Shown: in pieces, positions 54,597-64,000 of the stretch
Position numbering within the stretch: the stretch's first letter is position 1
Layout of the letters: the number at the start of each line of letters is the position of its first letter
IMG/VR virus record: IMGVR_UViG_3300037312_000927
Length of the DNA stretch: 64,000 nt
Reading direction: 5' to 3' (one strand)
Origin: a virus
Made by a program: the position numbers and the translations under genes
Notes under the pieces: generated by a model
What the model was told of the DNA's origin: nothing
Databases searched by the model: none
Seen by the model: the letters and a program-made list of their open reading frames with translations, nothing else

Positions 54597-56059
54597 AGTT
54601 TAGCCCCTGTTTCTGCAGTATGTTTCTGTCCTGAATTTAATAACGCTAATTTACCAGCCACCCTAGCAGGTGTATTAAGTCTAGGTTTACTCCCCGTTAT
54701 AAACTTAGAGGTTATCGGCAATCTACCTGAGTTAAATAATTCTTTTAAGGACGACGATATAGCTTTAGGTGATGCACTAATAACTCCTGCAGCGTTCTTA
54801 AGAGAGGATATCGTATAAGCGATTTCTCTATCAAATCCAGTTACCTGATTACTAATACTATGAATCGTATTATTAACTAGATTTACGACACCGATAGCCT
54901 GATTACTTACGTTTCTAACATCTCTTAGGATATTTCTAACTGGATTAGTGAAAGAACTAATAACAGACGATACATCGGCTCCGGCAGTTTTAATAAGCTT
55001 GGTCAGCGAACTTAAAACCCCATATATAGGGCTGAAAAGGCTAGCACGTACTCCGCTGAGATTTGAATTAAGCCCGGAGAATAGACTATTAGCAGAAGTA
55101 ACGAAGCCAGTGCCACTAGTGTTTACCCCATCTACGGATACGCCAGACTCAGAAACGTGAGTAGGACCACTACTTAGACTAGTAAGGGATGTGGCGTAGT
55201 CCTTCACAGAAGATAATGGATTAGCGATAACGTCTTGTAAATTCTGAACTTTATCTTGCAAACTTTTAAGTTTGATACTATTTTGCCCAGCCTGGGTTAA
55301 GAATCCACTGGCTTTACTCCAGTTAATAACCGGATCATTAGTTAAAGGTTTATTCGGAACAGTTACTGGTTTAGGGGTAATCTGTTTAGCCAGGAAGCTA
55401 AATTGAAAAGGAATATCAACATCACGGGAAGAGTTTTGGCTCCAACCCATCCTAGTGACAGTACCATCAATAATCATATTGGGGAGGACTATTCTGACAA
55501 GCTCATAGTTTCTAGCAAGTTCAGTGCCTCTCATGACATGAGCATACATCTCTAGCCATTCTACAAACCAATTATTATCAACACTATCGATTAAGATACC
55601 GCTGAAATTAAACATGATCGGCTGTCTACCAAAATAATATGTGACCTCAGCATCACCGAATACCTCTACGACTTGAAGCTTCTCCTCCAGATTACAGTTA
55701 AGGTCAGTGAGCAGGAAAGACGCATATCCCGATCCGGTAACGGCATCTTTAAGGACCCCACTGCTTGATGAACCTAGACTGGTCGGGGTAGAATTACCAT
55801 GACTGGAGGTATCATTGCGGTTAAGGCTCCTGGTAGTATCCGTAGTTAAGATTTTTATGAACGCACGTTCCCCTCGGTCCCCTCCTCCGTCCTGGTGGTT
55901 GACACTTCTGCTACGGGTAGTAAACAATCTTTCCGATTGGATTATTGCCCCATTAGTAGAGTTAGTGTTGGATGCATTATTAGCTAGATCCGTCATCTGA
56001 GAACTAAACGGAGCTGATAACGTTGCTATGTCGAGACCTGTTTGTTTGCTATTAGCCAT
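54593..56059 (-). CDS. virion structural protein (tail tube initiator/hub-like)
   Basis: FLLTDL...EEKLQVVEVFGD..TYYFGRQP..FNFSG pattern; follows the tape-measure candidate. Confidence 0.6.
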   Translation of the reverse strand: MANSKQTGLDIATLSAPFSSQMTDLANNASNTNSTNGAIIQSERLFTTRSRSVNHQDGGGDRGERAFIKILTTDTTRSLNRNDTSSHGNSTPTSLGSSSSGVLKDAVTGSGYASFLLTDLNCNLEEKLQVVEVFGDAEVTYYFGRQPIMFNFSGILIDSVDNNWFVEWLEMYAHVMRGTELARNYELVRIVLPNMIIDGTVTRMGWSQNSSRDVDIPFQFSFLAKQITPKPVTVPNKPLTNDPVINWSKASGFLTQAGQNSIKLKSLQDKVQNLQDVIANPLSSVKDYATSLTSLSSGPTHVSESGVSVDGVNTSGTGFVTSANSLFSGLNSNLSGVRASLFSPIYGVLSSLTKLIKTAGADVSSVISSFTNPVRNILRDVRNVSNQAIGVVNLVNNTIHSISNQVTGFDREIAYTISSLKNAAGVISASPKAISSSLKELFNSGRLPITSKFITGSKPRLNTPARVAGKLALLNSGQKHTAETGAKL

Positions 56060-56286
56060 TAATTCACCTGAAAATCTATCAGCTGAAGAACTGCGCCTTC
56101 AGTAATAATCTGCCTTTGACCCGTAATTCCACCCAACTGAGGTGGAATATAATCTACTCCCTTGGAAGTAAATCTAATGGCCTCCATGGAGGCCTTGATT
56201 TGGTTTTTATAAATTTCATAGGGACTCATAGCTACCAGCTTAGGTAAAAGCTTGGTCGATGAGTTGTTGTTTATAATTTTACTCAT
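56059..56286 (-). CDS. small hypothetical protein
   Basis: Coupled ORF. Confidence 0.55.
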   Translation of the reverse strand: MSKIINNNSSTKLLPKLVAMSPYEIYKNQIKASMEAIRFTSKGVDYIPPQLGGITGQRQIITEGAVLQLIDFQVN

Positions 56287-59200
56287 TAGTTTTTATTCCC
56301 AGGCTGATTGCCCATGTTCTTCTGCTTATTATCGTTGAACCATCTGAGTCTAGAAGCGTCTGTAGGGTCAAAACCTTTGCCAAAGATACCCGTCGATGAA
56401 TTGATATTGTTGTTACCGTCTACACTACCAACGAATCTATCAACAGCTTTGGAGAATTTATCTACTGATTCCTTATTATCCAGAGCGTTGACAGTGGCTT
56501 GATACCCGGCAAAATCTAGATGACCAGATTTTAGTTTGTCAAGAAGATCCATTTTCATACGAGTGTTCTCTTGGACATCGGCCGTCGCCCTCATTTTGTC
56601 ACCGTAGTCCAGATGTTTGGTTTCTATAGCGGAACTATCAAAAACTCCACCACCAATAGCCTCGCTGGCTTTTCTAAGTGCAGCATCAGAACCCCCCTTG
56701 CCTTCTGAAACCTTTGTAGCGCCAATAGATAACCCTACCAGCTTGTTATCAGCAACATTCCCGGCAGTTTTACGGATGTATTCCAGTAATTCATAAGGGT
56801 CTTTGATACCAGTCATTTCCGCTAGTCTCTGAAGATCTTTGTCTGTTTTAAGACGTTCTCTTATGTTGTAGTTATCTAGAGTTTCACCGTTAACAATTTT
56901 GGTAGCAACTGTATAAGCCAGTCCAGCAGCTTGCAGGTTCGAGAATGCATCTTTACCTTTAAGTCCGCCAACTCCCTGAAGGGTATTTCTGAAATCTTTA
57001 GTCTTAGGCTGGTCATCTTTTATAAAGGCCCCCAGCGTGGCTCCCCATAATTCATCGCTAACTTGGGAGAGAAATCCTTTATCATTAGAGGGGCTGCGGC
57101 TTACATTAGAAAGGTCCTTCTCAATGTTTTTGTAATTAGAAGTATTAGATAAGAAATCCCTAGTACCAGGAGTCCACATATTACCTTTGGTAAGTCTGTC
57201 GATAGCGCCCTGTCTTCCCTCTGCATCTTTTGCCTTGAAATATGCGATAGCATCGGAGTTGCCTCCTTTACTAAGATCGTTGAGCTCCTCGGCCAAATCT
57301 TTGATATTACTACGGTTGCCGTTAAAACGGTTGCTATCTGCCAAACTATAGTTACCAGGGGCACTCATAGAAGCGTCGAGGTTGAATGTTCTCAGGGGAT
57401 TTGATTTGCCTCCAAGAGCTTCTTCCATTGTCATGGAATTGTTCTTAATCGATTCGTCAAACCACAAATTGTTCCAAGCGCTACCAACGGCATCTGACAT
57501 TTTACCTGCCAGCTTAGCTGCAGGAATACCCGTCATATTAGCTATACCTTCAGTGATCGATCTCCCTAAGTGCTTAGCAGAATAAACAGTTCTACCGATG
57601 TTGCCGCCGTACCAATCATTCCTTTCAACTAGTTGCTGCTGTTGCTCGATCAGGTTTCTATTTAAACCCTTAACAGTTAAGGCATAAGCACTGGGATCTG
57701 TCTCTCCAACACGTTGAGTTGCAAAGGCTTGGATCTGATCTTCGCTCATACCCATTTGCATCAAGTAAGGCACTGCACGTTCAATGCTGATCTTACCAGT
57801 CTTAGGGTCGACCATACCTGGCTGATTTTTCATGATCTCCCAGAGCTGATCCTCAATAGCCAAGGATCCTCTTTCGGACATCTGACGACCTGCCATCTGA
57901 CGGCCGTAGAGCATCATCGATCCATACGCGCCCATGGGATCAGAAGCCATCATTTGACCGAATTTAGTAACGTTACCGATCATAGTCCCGGTTGACCCAC
58001 CCGCCATATAACGGTTAAAGTTACTAATCTTGTTGTATAAGGTTTGGCTGGCGTTGATCTGGCCTGTTAATGAAGCCTGGGTTGCACCGTCGAGTCCACC
58101 CATTCTCGCTAGTTGCGAAGACGAGATTAGACCCAGTCTATTAGCAACGCTAAAGCCTGCGTATGAGTTAGCAGCGGCCATTTGACCTAAGTATGGAGTC
58201 ATACCGTTGGCTTGGTACAAATATTGCCCCTGAGCACCCACAGTATTCATCAACCTTTGGACATTAGTCCCGGCAGCACTCGCCAACCCACCTAGCTGAC
58301 GCATTGTACCGGCTGCATCGCTGAATGTGCCTCCACTAACATTAGCACCCATCCTTTGGAGTTTGGATAATTGTTCGATAGCATCCTTCATCTCCGGCAT
58401 ATTAGCTATGCTCATGATGAGTTTCATCTGCTCGATACTATCCTTGACCCTCTTGGAGATTTGACGGCCACCCACATTATCGGTAAGCCCAGACCTGGAA
58501 ACCATACTAGCCGCTGCGCCGTACTCTCCGGTGCTAAGGTTCATATCACGAATACCATCTCTAGTAATCTGACCAGCTAGACCAGCAGATTCGTATCCGC
58601 CCATGCCTCCTCCCGTAATAGGACTACCTGACATGTCCCCGAAGGTGATACCATAGTAACTATTACGTAAGTCTTCTGCGCTACGTCTGGTATTGATATA
58701 GGGATTAAATATCCCACGCTCGCCTATCTCAGCAGCGCCTTGCATGAACATTAAAGGTGCGGCAATACCTGCGCCAATACCTAACGCAGCGCCTAAACCT
58801 CTAGATAACCCGGCCGCAGCCATACCGCCAATTCGTCCGGCTGAGTTGAGCCCTATTCCTCGTGCAATTCCGCTTCCCAGACCTTTACCGAACGCACTGC
58901 CGAATCTCATAGCGCCCTTGGACATGCCGAACATGTTGGCTCCGCCCATAAGACGCCTGGACATTGCAAATGCAGCCACCGGCATACCGATGCGCTGAGC
59001 TGCCCACATACCTGCGTCTACTGGCCTATTGGCAACACTATCGATATTATCCTGCTGGTGCATGGTAGGATTACCCCAGGCAGGTGTCTGGGTCCATGGA
59101 GACAGGTTATTAAGGGCACTAAAAAACCCGGTGCGTGTATAATCGTAAGCCCCGTTAGACCCGTTATATCCAGGACGATACGGTGCGGTATAACTCGGGG

Positions 59201-59342
59201 TTAGTAGAGACGGATCGATGCCCCACCCTGAGTTCATATTCGCAGGGTTCATAGGGTTGGCAAATGAGTTACCATAGACGTCAGCTTGGCTGGCGTAAAG
59301 GTCATCGACCGGAGTATTACTTATAGTAGGATTTCCGAACAT
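56286..59342 (-). CDS. tape measure protein (putative)
   Basis: 1018 aa, Gly/Ala/Met-rich and helical; directly downstream of frameshift-linked chaperone ORFs. Confidence 0.65.
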   Translation of the reverse strand: MFGNPTISNTPVDDLYASQADVYGNSFANPMNPANMNSGWGIDPSLLTPSYTAPYRPGYNGSNGAYDYTRTGFFSALNNLSPWTQTPAWGNPTMHQQDNIDSVANRPVDAGMWAAQRIGMPVAAFAMSRRLMGGANMFGMSKGAMRFGSAFGKGLGSGIARGIGLNSAGRIGGMAAAGLSRGLGAALGIGAGIAAPLMFMQGAAEIGERGIFNPYINTRRSAEDLRNSYYGITFGDMSGSPITGGGMGGYESAGLAGQITRDGIRDMNLSTGEYGAAASMVSRSGLTDNVGGRQISKRVKDSIEQMKLIMSIANMPEMKDAIEQLSKLQRMGANVSGGTFSDAAGTMRQLGGLASAAGTNVQRLMNTVGAQGQYLYQANGMTPYLGQMAAANSYAGFSVANRLGLISSSQLARMGGLDGATQASLTGQINASQTLYNKISNFNRYMAGGSTGTMIGNVTKFGQMMASDPMGAYGSMMLYGRQMAGRQMSERGSLAIEDQLWEIMKNQPGMVDPKTGKISIERAVPYLMQMGMSEDQIQAFATQRVGETDPSAYALTVKGLNRNLIEQQQQLVERNDWYGGNIGRTVYSAKHLGRSITEGIANMTGIPAAKLAGKMSDAVGSAWNNLWFDESIKNNSMTMEEALGGKSNPLRTFNLDASMSAPGNYSLADSNRFNGNRSNIKDLAEELNDLSKGGNSDAIAYFKAKDAEGRQGAIDRLTKGNMWTPGTRDFLSNTSNYKNIEKDLSNVSRSPSNDKGFLSQVSDELWGATLGAFIKDDQPKTKDFRNTLQGVGGLKGKDAFSNLQAAGLAYTVATKIVNGETLDNYNIRERLKTDKDLQRLAEMTGIKDPYELLEYIRKTAGNVADNKLVGLSIGATKVSEGKGGSDAALRKASEAIGGGVFDSSAIETKHLDYGDKMRATADVQENTRMKMDLLDKLKSGHLDFAGYQATVNALDNKESVDKFSKAVDRFVGSVDGNNNINSSTGIFGKGFDPTDASRLRWFNDNKQKNMGNQPGNKN

Positions 59343-59415
59343 AGTAGGATAGTTAAATTGGCTAAGAGTATTTTAGGCGTATTATAAAAAAGGCCCGCAT
59401 TAAGCAGGCCTTGGT

Positions 59416-59808
59416 TTATTCTTTTAAGCTATCCAGTCCAGAAACTATGAACTTACCTTTTTCATTGACTTTAAGTATAGGTTTTAGACCTTTAACCCTG
59501 TCTTTGTAGAACTTCATCATATTCAGTTCTTTTTCGGTATGTTCAGGAAGCTTAATACCATACTCTAGTTCGAGGAAGGATGTGAAGAGCTTACGTATCT
59601 TCTGTTCCCATTCTTTGGCTTTTTCATTATCCGAGAACGGTATGCAGTTAGTTACTAGGAGAGCCAATAAATTAGTCTTGGCTACCTCCTTCTCACTCTC
59701 TGTTGTTAGGAACTTTCTGAGAACCCTGTCTTGGGCACTCCCCAGTTTTGGTACTTTAACTCCGGAGGTATAGAGTTTTGTTCGTTGTACGAAAACTGGG
59801 CTCGTTAA
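59416..59808 (-). CDS. tail assembly chaperone GT extension (reached by -1 frameshift)
   Basis: The -1 frame is open from the slippery site at 59808 to the stop at 59416 (checked codon by codon to 59667). Confidence 0.7.
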   Translation of the reverse strand, partial: LTSPVFVQRTKLYTSGVKVPKLGSAQDRVLRKFLTTESEKEVAKTNLLALLVTNCIPFSDNEKAKEWEQKIRKLFTSFLELEYGIKLPEHTEKELNMMKFYKDRVKGLKPILKVNEKGKFIVSGLDSLKE

Positions 59809-60302
59809 AAATTTTCCTCGGCTTCTTTAGTAGCTGCTTCTACTTTGAGATCAAAGTCATATAATGATACCATCAGAAGTCCCACTACCGGGGCTGGTAG
59901 TTTGTTGATAAACGAAACTTTATCGTCGTACTTGGCAGTGCTCAGGTCCTTGCCTTGATACGAGACTAGTCCATGATACAGGTTCAAGAGATTACGCTTT
60001 TCCATAACAGTAGCCATAAGAACCGCGCTGGTACTATCGATCTCACGAGTGATAGCTGCCATTTCTTCAGCAGTGCGAGTTCTAAACTCAACGTTGAGAC
60101 GCCCTTTGATGCTTACCTTTTCAGAATAAACACCAGTAAACAGTAGTTCATCAAAGATCTTCAGCAGCTCATCTTGGTCATATTTTTTTTCTGGTTTCTG
60201 AGGCTTATTTTCTGCTTGCTCGGGTGTAGTAGGAGCCGGGTTCAGTTTGGTTTCAGTCTCAGGTTTTGCTTTGGTTTTTTTAATTGGTTCGAAGTCTGAC
60301 AT
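59805..60302 (-). CDS. tail assembly chaperone G
   Basis: Ends GAA AAT TTT TAA with an A-AAT-TTT slippery heptamer. Confidence 0.7.
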   Translation of the reverse strand: MSDFEPIKKTKAKPETETKLNPAPTTPEQAENKPQKPEKKYDQDELLKIFDELLFTGVYSEKVSIKGRLNVEFRTRTAEEMAAITREIDSTSAVLMATVMEKRNLLNLYHGLVSYQGKDLSTAKYDDKVSFINKLPAPVVGLLMVSLYDFDLKVEAATKEAEENF

Positions 60303-60319
60303 TTTAGTCCTTAGTTTGT

Positions 60320-61972
60320 TTAATTGTATCCTGCGAAATTAGCTATGTCAAATAGGCTATGTTCCGACTTTGTTTCATCTACGGTAGTAAAGTTACCGGC
60401 CACTACCATCTGCGCTATGTTAGCAAATACTATTGAGTGGAACCAATCATCAAGGGCGCCATCATCTTTTCTGTACAGGCGTTTTCCGCTTAGACTTTCT
60501 TCTTCGAATATGCATAAGGCCTCTTGCCACACATCACAAGTAAGATCCCAACACGGGGTCTCTAATTTAGTTCTACCTATCTTAGCCTTAAGCATCATTG
60601 TATCCATAGCTTGAGTCCGGTCTGCGGCGTAGTAACCCCCTATCTTGTCCCATCGTAAAGTGTTCTTTGCACTTACGTAATTTACCATTGCTACTTTCTC
60701 ATCTCCGATGTGACTTTTGAACAATTGCCCTTGAAGAACACCGACTCCACGATCTGAGCCAATCATAGAACATTCAAACTGGTGATACAGTTGCTCTACC
60801 CTGGCGACCTGTTCAAGTATGTCTATGCCGTCCATGCGTTGTGAATATAACAGGTAGGCTTTACCAGCGTAGTCATAACCCAGAACGCTTACATTAGTGT
60901 AACTATTCGTTGATCCAGAGACACTCCAATCCACTCCAATGGTGGTCATGTAAATACCTCGACTATCTCTTGGAAAACCCTTATCCCATTCACGCTTCTC
61001 GGGATTACAACAGGCCATGGCCTCCCGGATGGATAGAATTCTACCACCTACCCCTGAAGGTAAGCCGAAGACCTCATTAGCGACTTTCTGTGCAGAGTAG
61101 GCTCCAGGTGCACCGATGTTACACTTTTCTCTAAGCTCTCTCCACTTTTTGGGTTTATTACGAGCGGGGAATATCAGCTGAGGTAGATGGAATCCGAAAT
61201 GATATTTCTCGGAGGGTTTTCCTGCAACCCACTGCCCCGTGGACATATTTAAAACTTTACCGCAGTATAGGCACCCTGGACCGTCGGGATTTTGAATCAT
61301 CTTCATGCAAGAGTCAAAATCTATGGGAATATTATATTTTCCACAGTGAGAACATTTAACAACCCACTCCAATTGATTACTGGCCTTAAAGAGAATGTTC
61401 AGGGTATTATTCTCTGTCTTAGCAGTTCCGGTATGTCGTATGAACCCATAATCAGAGGCGCCCATAGTTTCATGAATAATAGGGATGGCCTCAATGCTGA
61501 TATCCTGGCACTCATCGTAGAAGTTCTGATCGCTTGCAACCCCCCGGATACGGTCGGCGTCCTGTTCAGTTTGTGCGTACCCTAAGATTATACGTGCGCC
61601 TGTATTCAATGTTTTCTCGAATACATTTTTCTTATCTCTAGCACTAACGTAGTGTTTTTTAACAATAGGGGACTCAAAAAATGCATCCAGATATGCCGAA
61701 GAAAACCGTGAAGTTTGCTGTGCCAAAGGACTTATAAATAAGCTGACGAAGTGAGGCCTTAATATGCCATTTACTACTAACATGCCAGCCAATCCTACTG
61801 ATTTCCCGATTTGACGACCAGCAGAAATTGTAAGTTTAGGAGGGCTACAGTCATATATGAGTTTGAACGGGGCATATTCATCTAGATTAAGTGGCTTTCC
61901 TTTAAGCTGTAAAATTGCTACAGCCAACTCACTAGGTAAGAGTTTTAATGGTTGTTTTTTATCATTACTCAT
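60320..61972 (-). CDS. terL: terminase large subunit (gpA-like)
   Basis: AGRQIGKS Walker A, RIRG...YDECQD Walker B, GTAK, CSHC/CLYC Zn motif, IGVDW and DDWFH nuclease motifs. Confidence 0.85.
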   Translation of the reverse strand: MSNDKKQPLKLLPSELAVAILQLKGKPLNLDEYAPFKLIYDCSPPKLTISAGRQIGKSVGLAGMLVVNGILRPHFVSLFISPLAQQTSRFSSAYLDAFFESPIVKKHYVSARDKKNVFEKTLNTGARIILGYAQTEQDADRIRGVASDQNFYDECQDISIEAIPIIHETMGASDYGFIRHTGTAKTENNTLNILFKASNQLEWVVKCSHCGKYNIPIDFDSCMKMIQNPDGPGCLYCGKVLNMSTGQWVAGKPSEKYHFGFHLPQLIFPARNKPKKWRELREKCNIGAPGAYSAQKVANEVFGLPSGVGGRILSIREAMACCNPEKREWDKGFPRDSRGIYMTTIGVDWSVSGSTNSYTNVSVLGYDYAGKAYLLYSQRMDGIDILEQVARVEQLYHQFECSMIGSDRGVGVLQGQLFKSHIGDEKVAMVNYVSAKNTLRWDKIGGYYAADRTQAMDTMMLKAKIGRTKLETPCWDLTCDVWQEALCIFEEESLSGKRLYRKDDGALDDWFHSIVFANIAQMVVAGNFTTVDETKSEHSLFDIANFAGYN

Positions 61973-63104
61973 TTAAGTATTCTAATCTATATTTATTTCT
62001 AAACACTTTCGTAGGGTTTCTGAGCAACCGGTGGATACTAGGTCTAGAAATATCTAAAAACTCCCCGCAATCCTTTACCTTATCAAAAATCTTAGAAACT
62101 CCAGTGATTATGTCTACGACTCTAACTTTACTGCAGTTAGAATCCGTAATATACGGTTTAAATTCAGTCCCGTCGTCGTATTTCCAAAACATTCCTTTAG
62201 ATTTATTAGTACCCTTCCTACACTTTAGAGCGTCAATAATGCACGAGTAAGGATATCCTTGAGATTCAAGGAGGCTTAAATAATTGCCTGTGTAACGCTC
62301 TAAAACATCTCCCTTTTCGTTCAACCTCAATACTGGTTTAGTCCTAACTTTATTCAGAGGGGCGCCTGGGAAAGAACCTACTAACGAAAATATACGTTTT
62401 TTAACAGTGAAATATTTACGATTCAGATGTCTCGTAAACATCTTCATAGTTACTGACAGCTCGTTGAGTAAGGTGTTTAAATCTTTATGTTCATTAACCC
62501 TGTTACCTAAAAGATCCCACTCGTAAATAGTATAATTCTTAGAAAACCAGAATCTAATCCAAGATGCATCCGATGGCGTAAAGTCTTCTTTTAGAATATC
62601 CTCATTTTTTCCGGAAAATCTAACCTTGAAATCTGTTAGGGTTCGCTCAAAGTTCATGCAATTATATGTAATGGTTTGACCATCTATACATAAATTCTCA
62701 GAGGCCTCTTTAACTGAACTATAGGACTTGATCAATTTCCCTTCATTAGAATAAACATAAATAGCATCCGTAGCCTCTACAGTACTTTCTACAAACTTTG
62801 CCAAATTATACCGATAGCCCCCGCTATCAATCATCTCCTGTTCGAGGATCCTACTCTCGGCTTCAGTCTCTGTAACTTTATAAGTTATTGAGAAATTATC
62901 CGCACCATGCTTCTTAAAACTGTGTAACAGAAGTTTGTTACAATGATCCCCGGATCTAAGCTGTGCGGCATGAGCGATCAATCTCTTGTAAATGTTCTTG
63001 GAACTACCTACGTATTTGTCCCCGGTAACGTTGTTAATAATTTCATAAACACCACACTGTTTAGGGGCGTCTTTATAATTTTTATATTCAAGTACTCTAT
63101 CCAT
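61965..63104 (-). mobile_element. free-standing GIY-YIG homing endonuclease with NUMOD1-like repeats
   Basis: GVYEIINNVTGDKYVGSSKNIYKR; repeated IYVY/IYEW...F/Y.S.KEA DNA-binding modules. Confidence 0.88.
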
Positions 63105-63210
63105 AGAATTATTATAACATAGTTCCCAAGTTAGTTCTTAAAATTTATCGAGTTCAATAGCTCAATTTGGATTTGGTATAAGGAAAATATAATAACCACC
63201 CGAGGATGAC

Positions 63211-63510
63211 ATGACTATTACTTCATTTCGTAAAGCTGAAGACGGTACTATAACCCGATTTTGTAGAGAGGGTAACCGTACCCGTGTACTTACCTTGAAA
63301 GGTCCTGATAAACTTACAGACGCTGTTAAGATTTGCAGAACCCCAGGGGCCATCTATTCAACCTCCGTCAATAAGGCAAACGATTCCACATTGGTGAATA
63401 CCTCAGTAAAGTTACCCGGAAACATAGTTATAAGTGAAAAGGACGCAATTGAAATAGAGAATAAAATGCATGATCTCCTTGAGACATTACTGGCCAAGCA
63501 TTTCAAATAG
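63211..63510 (+). CDS. hypothetical protein
   Basis: GAGG RBS after TGGTATAAG at 63174. Confidence 0.7.
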   Translation: MTITSFRKAEDGTITRFCREGNRTRVLTLKGPDKLTDAVKICRTPGAIYSTSVNKANDSTLVNTSVKLPGNIVISEKDAIEIENKMHDLLETLLAKHFK

Positions 63511-63516
63511 GACTTG

Positions 63517-63547
63517 AAATCCCCAGGACTAATTGGGGATTTTTTTA
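63517..63547 (+). terminator. intrinsic terminator
   Basis: AAATCCCCA/TGGGGATTT followed by a T-run. Confidence 0.75.
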
Positions 63548-63606
63548 GATCAATTAGCTCATCCATAATTGGTATAAGTAAAGTATCTATAACCTAGGAG
63601 TTATTA

Positions 63607-63855
63607 ATGAAGTCTATTTCGGGATACGAAAAATTTGCCATCTTCATCGACAACGAAGCTACCGTTGAAGCGTACGTAAAGGACGCTCCTGCGGTTTTCG
63701 GTGGTCCAGCATCGACGAAACTTCAAAAATGGATGGATGGTGAAGAGCGTCTGGAGTTCTGGTATCCCCTCGACGAAGGTAACGCCGACCCTGTGATGAA
63801 ACCTGGGTACCTGGGTAAATTTCTGGGACCTAAAGCACGTGTTTTTCAAGGATAA
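63607..63855 (+). CDS. hypothetical protein
   Basis: AGGAG RBS after TGGTATAAG at 63570. Confidence 0.75.
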   Translation: MKSISGYEKFAIFIDNEATVEAYVKDAPAVFGGPASTKLQKWMDGEERLEFWYPLDEGNADPVMKPGYLGKFLGPKARVFQG

Positions 63856-63859
63856 CAAA

Positions 63860-64000
63860 ATGACTGAAGAAGAAGTACGTAGCGTTTTCACCCTCGCAGG
63901 TATCAATGTCGTCAAGCTGTGGAAAACTGATAACCAATATCAGGGAAGTTCGTACCGGACCAACCCTGACATTCCACCGTGGTGGCTAGTGCAGACGACG
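63860..64000 (+). CDS. hypothetical protein (3'-truncated by the window)
   Basis: AAGGA RBS, ATG at 63860, open to the window end. Confidence 0.6.
   Translation, partial: MTEEEVRSVFTLAGINVVKLWKTDNQYQGSSYRTNPDIPPWWLVQTT

Overview
A 64-kb segment of a large, probably jumbo, lytic myovirus infecting a Gram-negative host (spanins, lipoboxes, contractile-tail baseplate genes). 1-25.9 kb is on the + strand. It holds a tRNA cluster (Leu-UAA, Gly-UCC, Cys-GCA, Arg-UCU, Met-CAU, plus tRNA-like RNAs), many small membrane or lipoprotein genes in tandem paralog sets, and nucleotide/NAD enzymes (ThyX, a Prs-like + NAMPT-like pair matching the NARP1 NAD-reconstitution architecture, dimeric dUTPase, HAD and DHH phosphatases). 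It also contains a 2.4-kb mostly non-coding block with highly structured sequence and a two-fold symmetric origin-like element, and ends in a T6SS-type amidase effector/immunity (Tae2/Tai2-like) pair. 25.9-63.1 kb is a - strand late module: lysis cassette, five tandem tailspikes including a six-repeat scaffold, baseplate genes with an embedded sigma factor and an RNA polymerase beta-prime Zn-domain-like protein, a tape-measure candidate, tail chaperones joined by a -1 frameshift, terminase and a GIY-YIG endonuclease. + strand genes resume after 63.2 kb. All assignments come from motif recognition and manual base-pair or frame inspection; no database searches were run.
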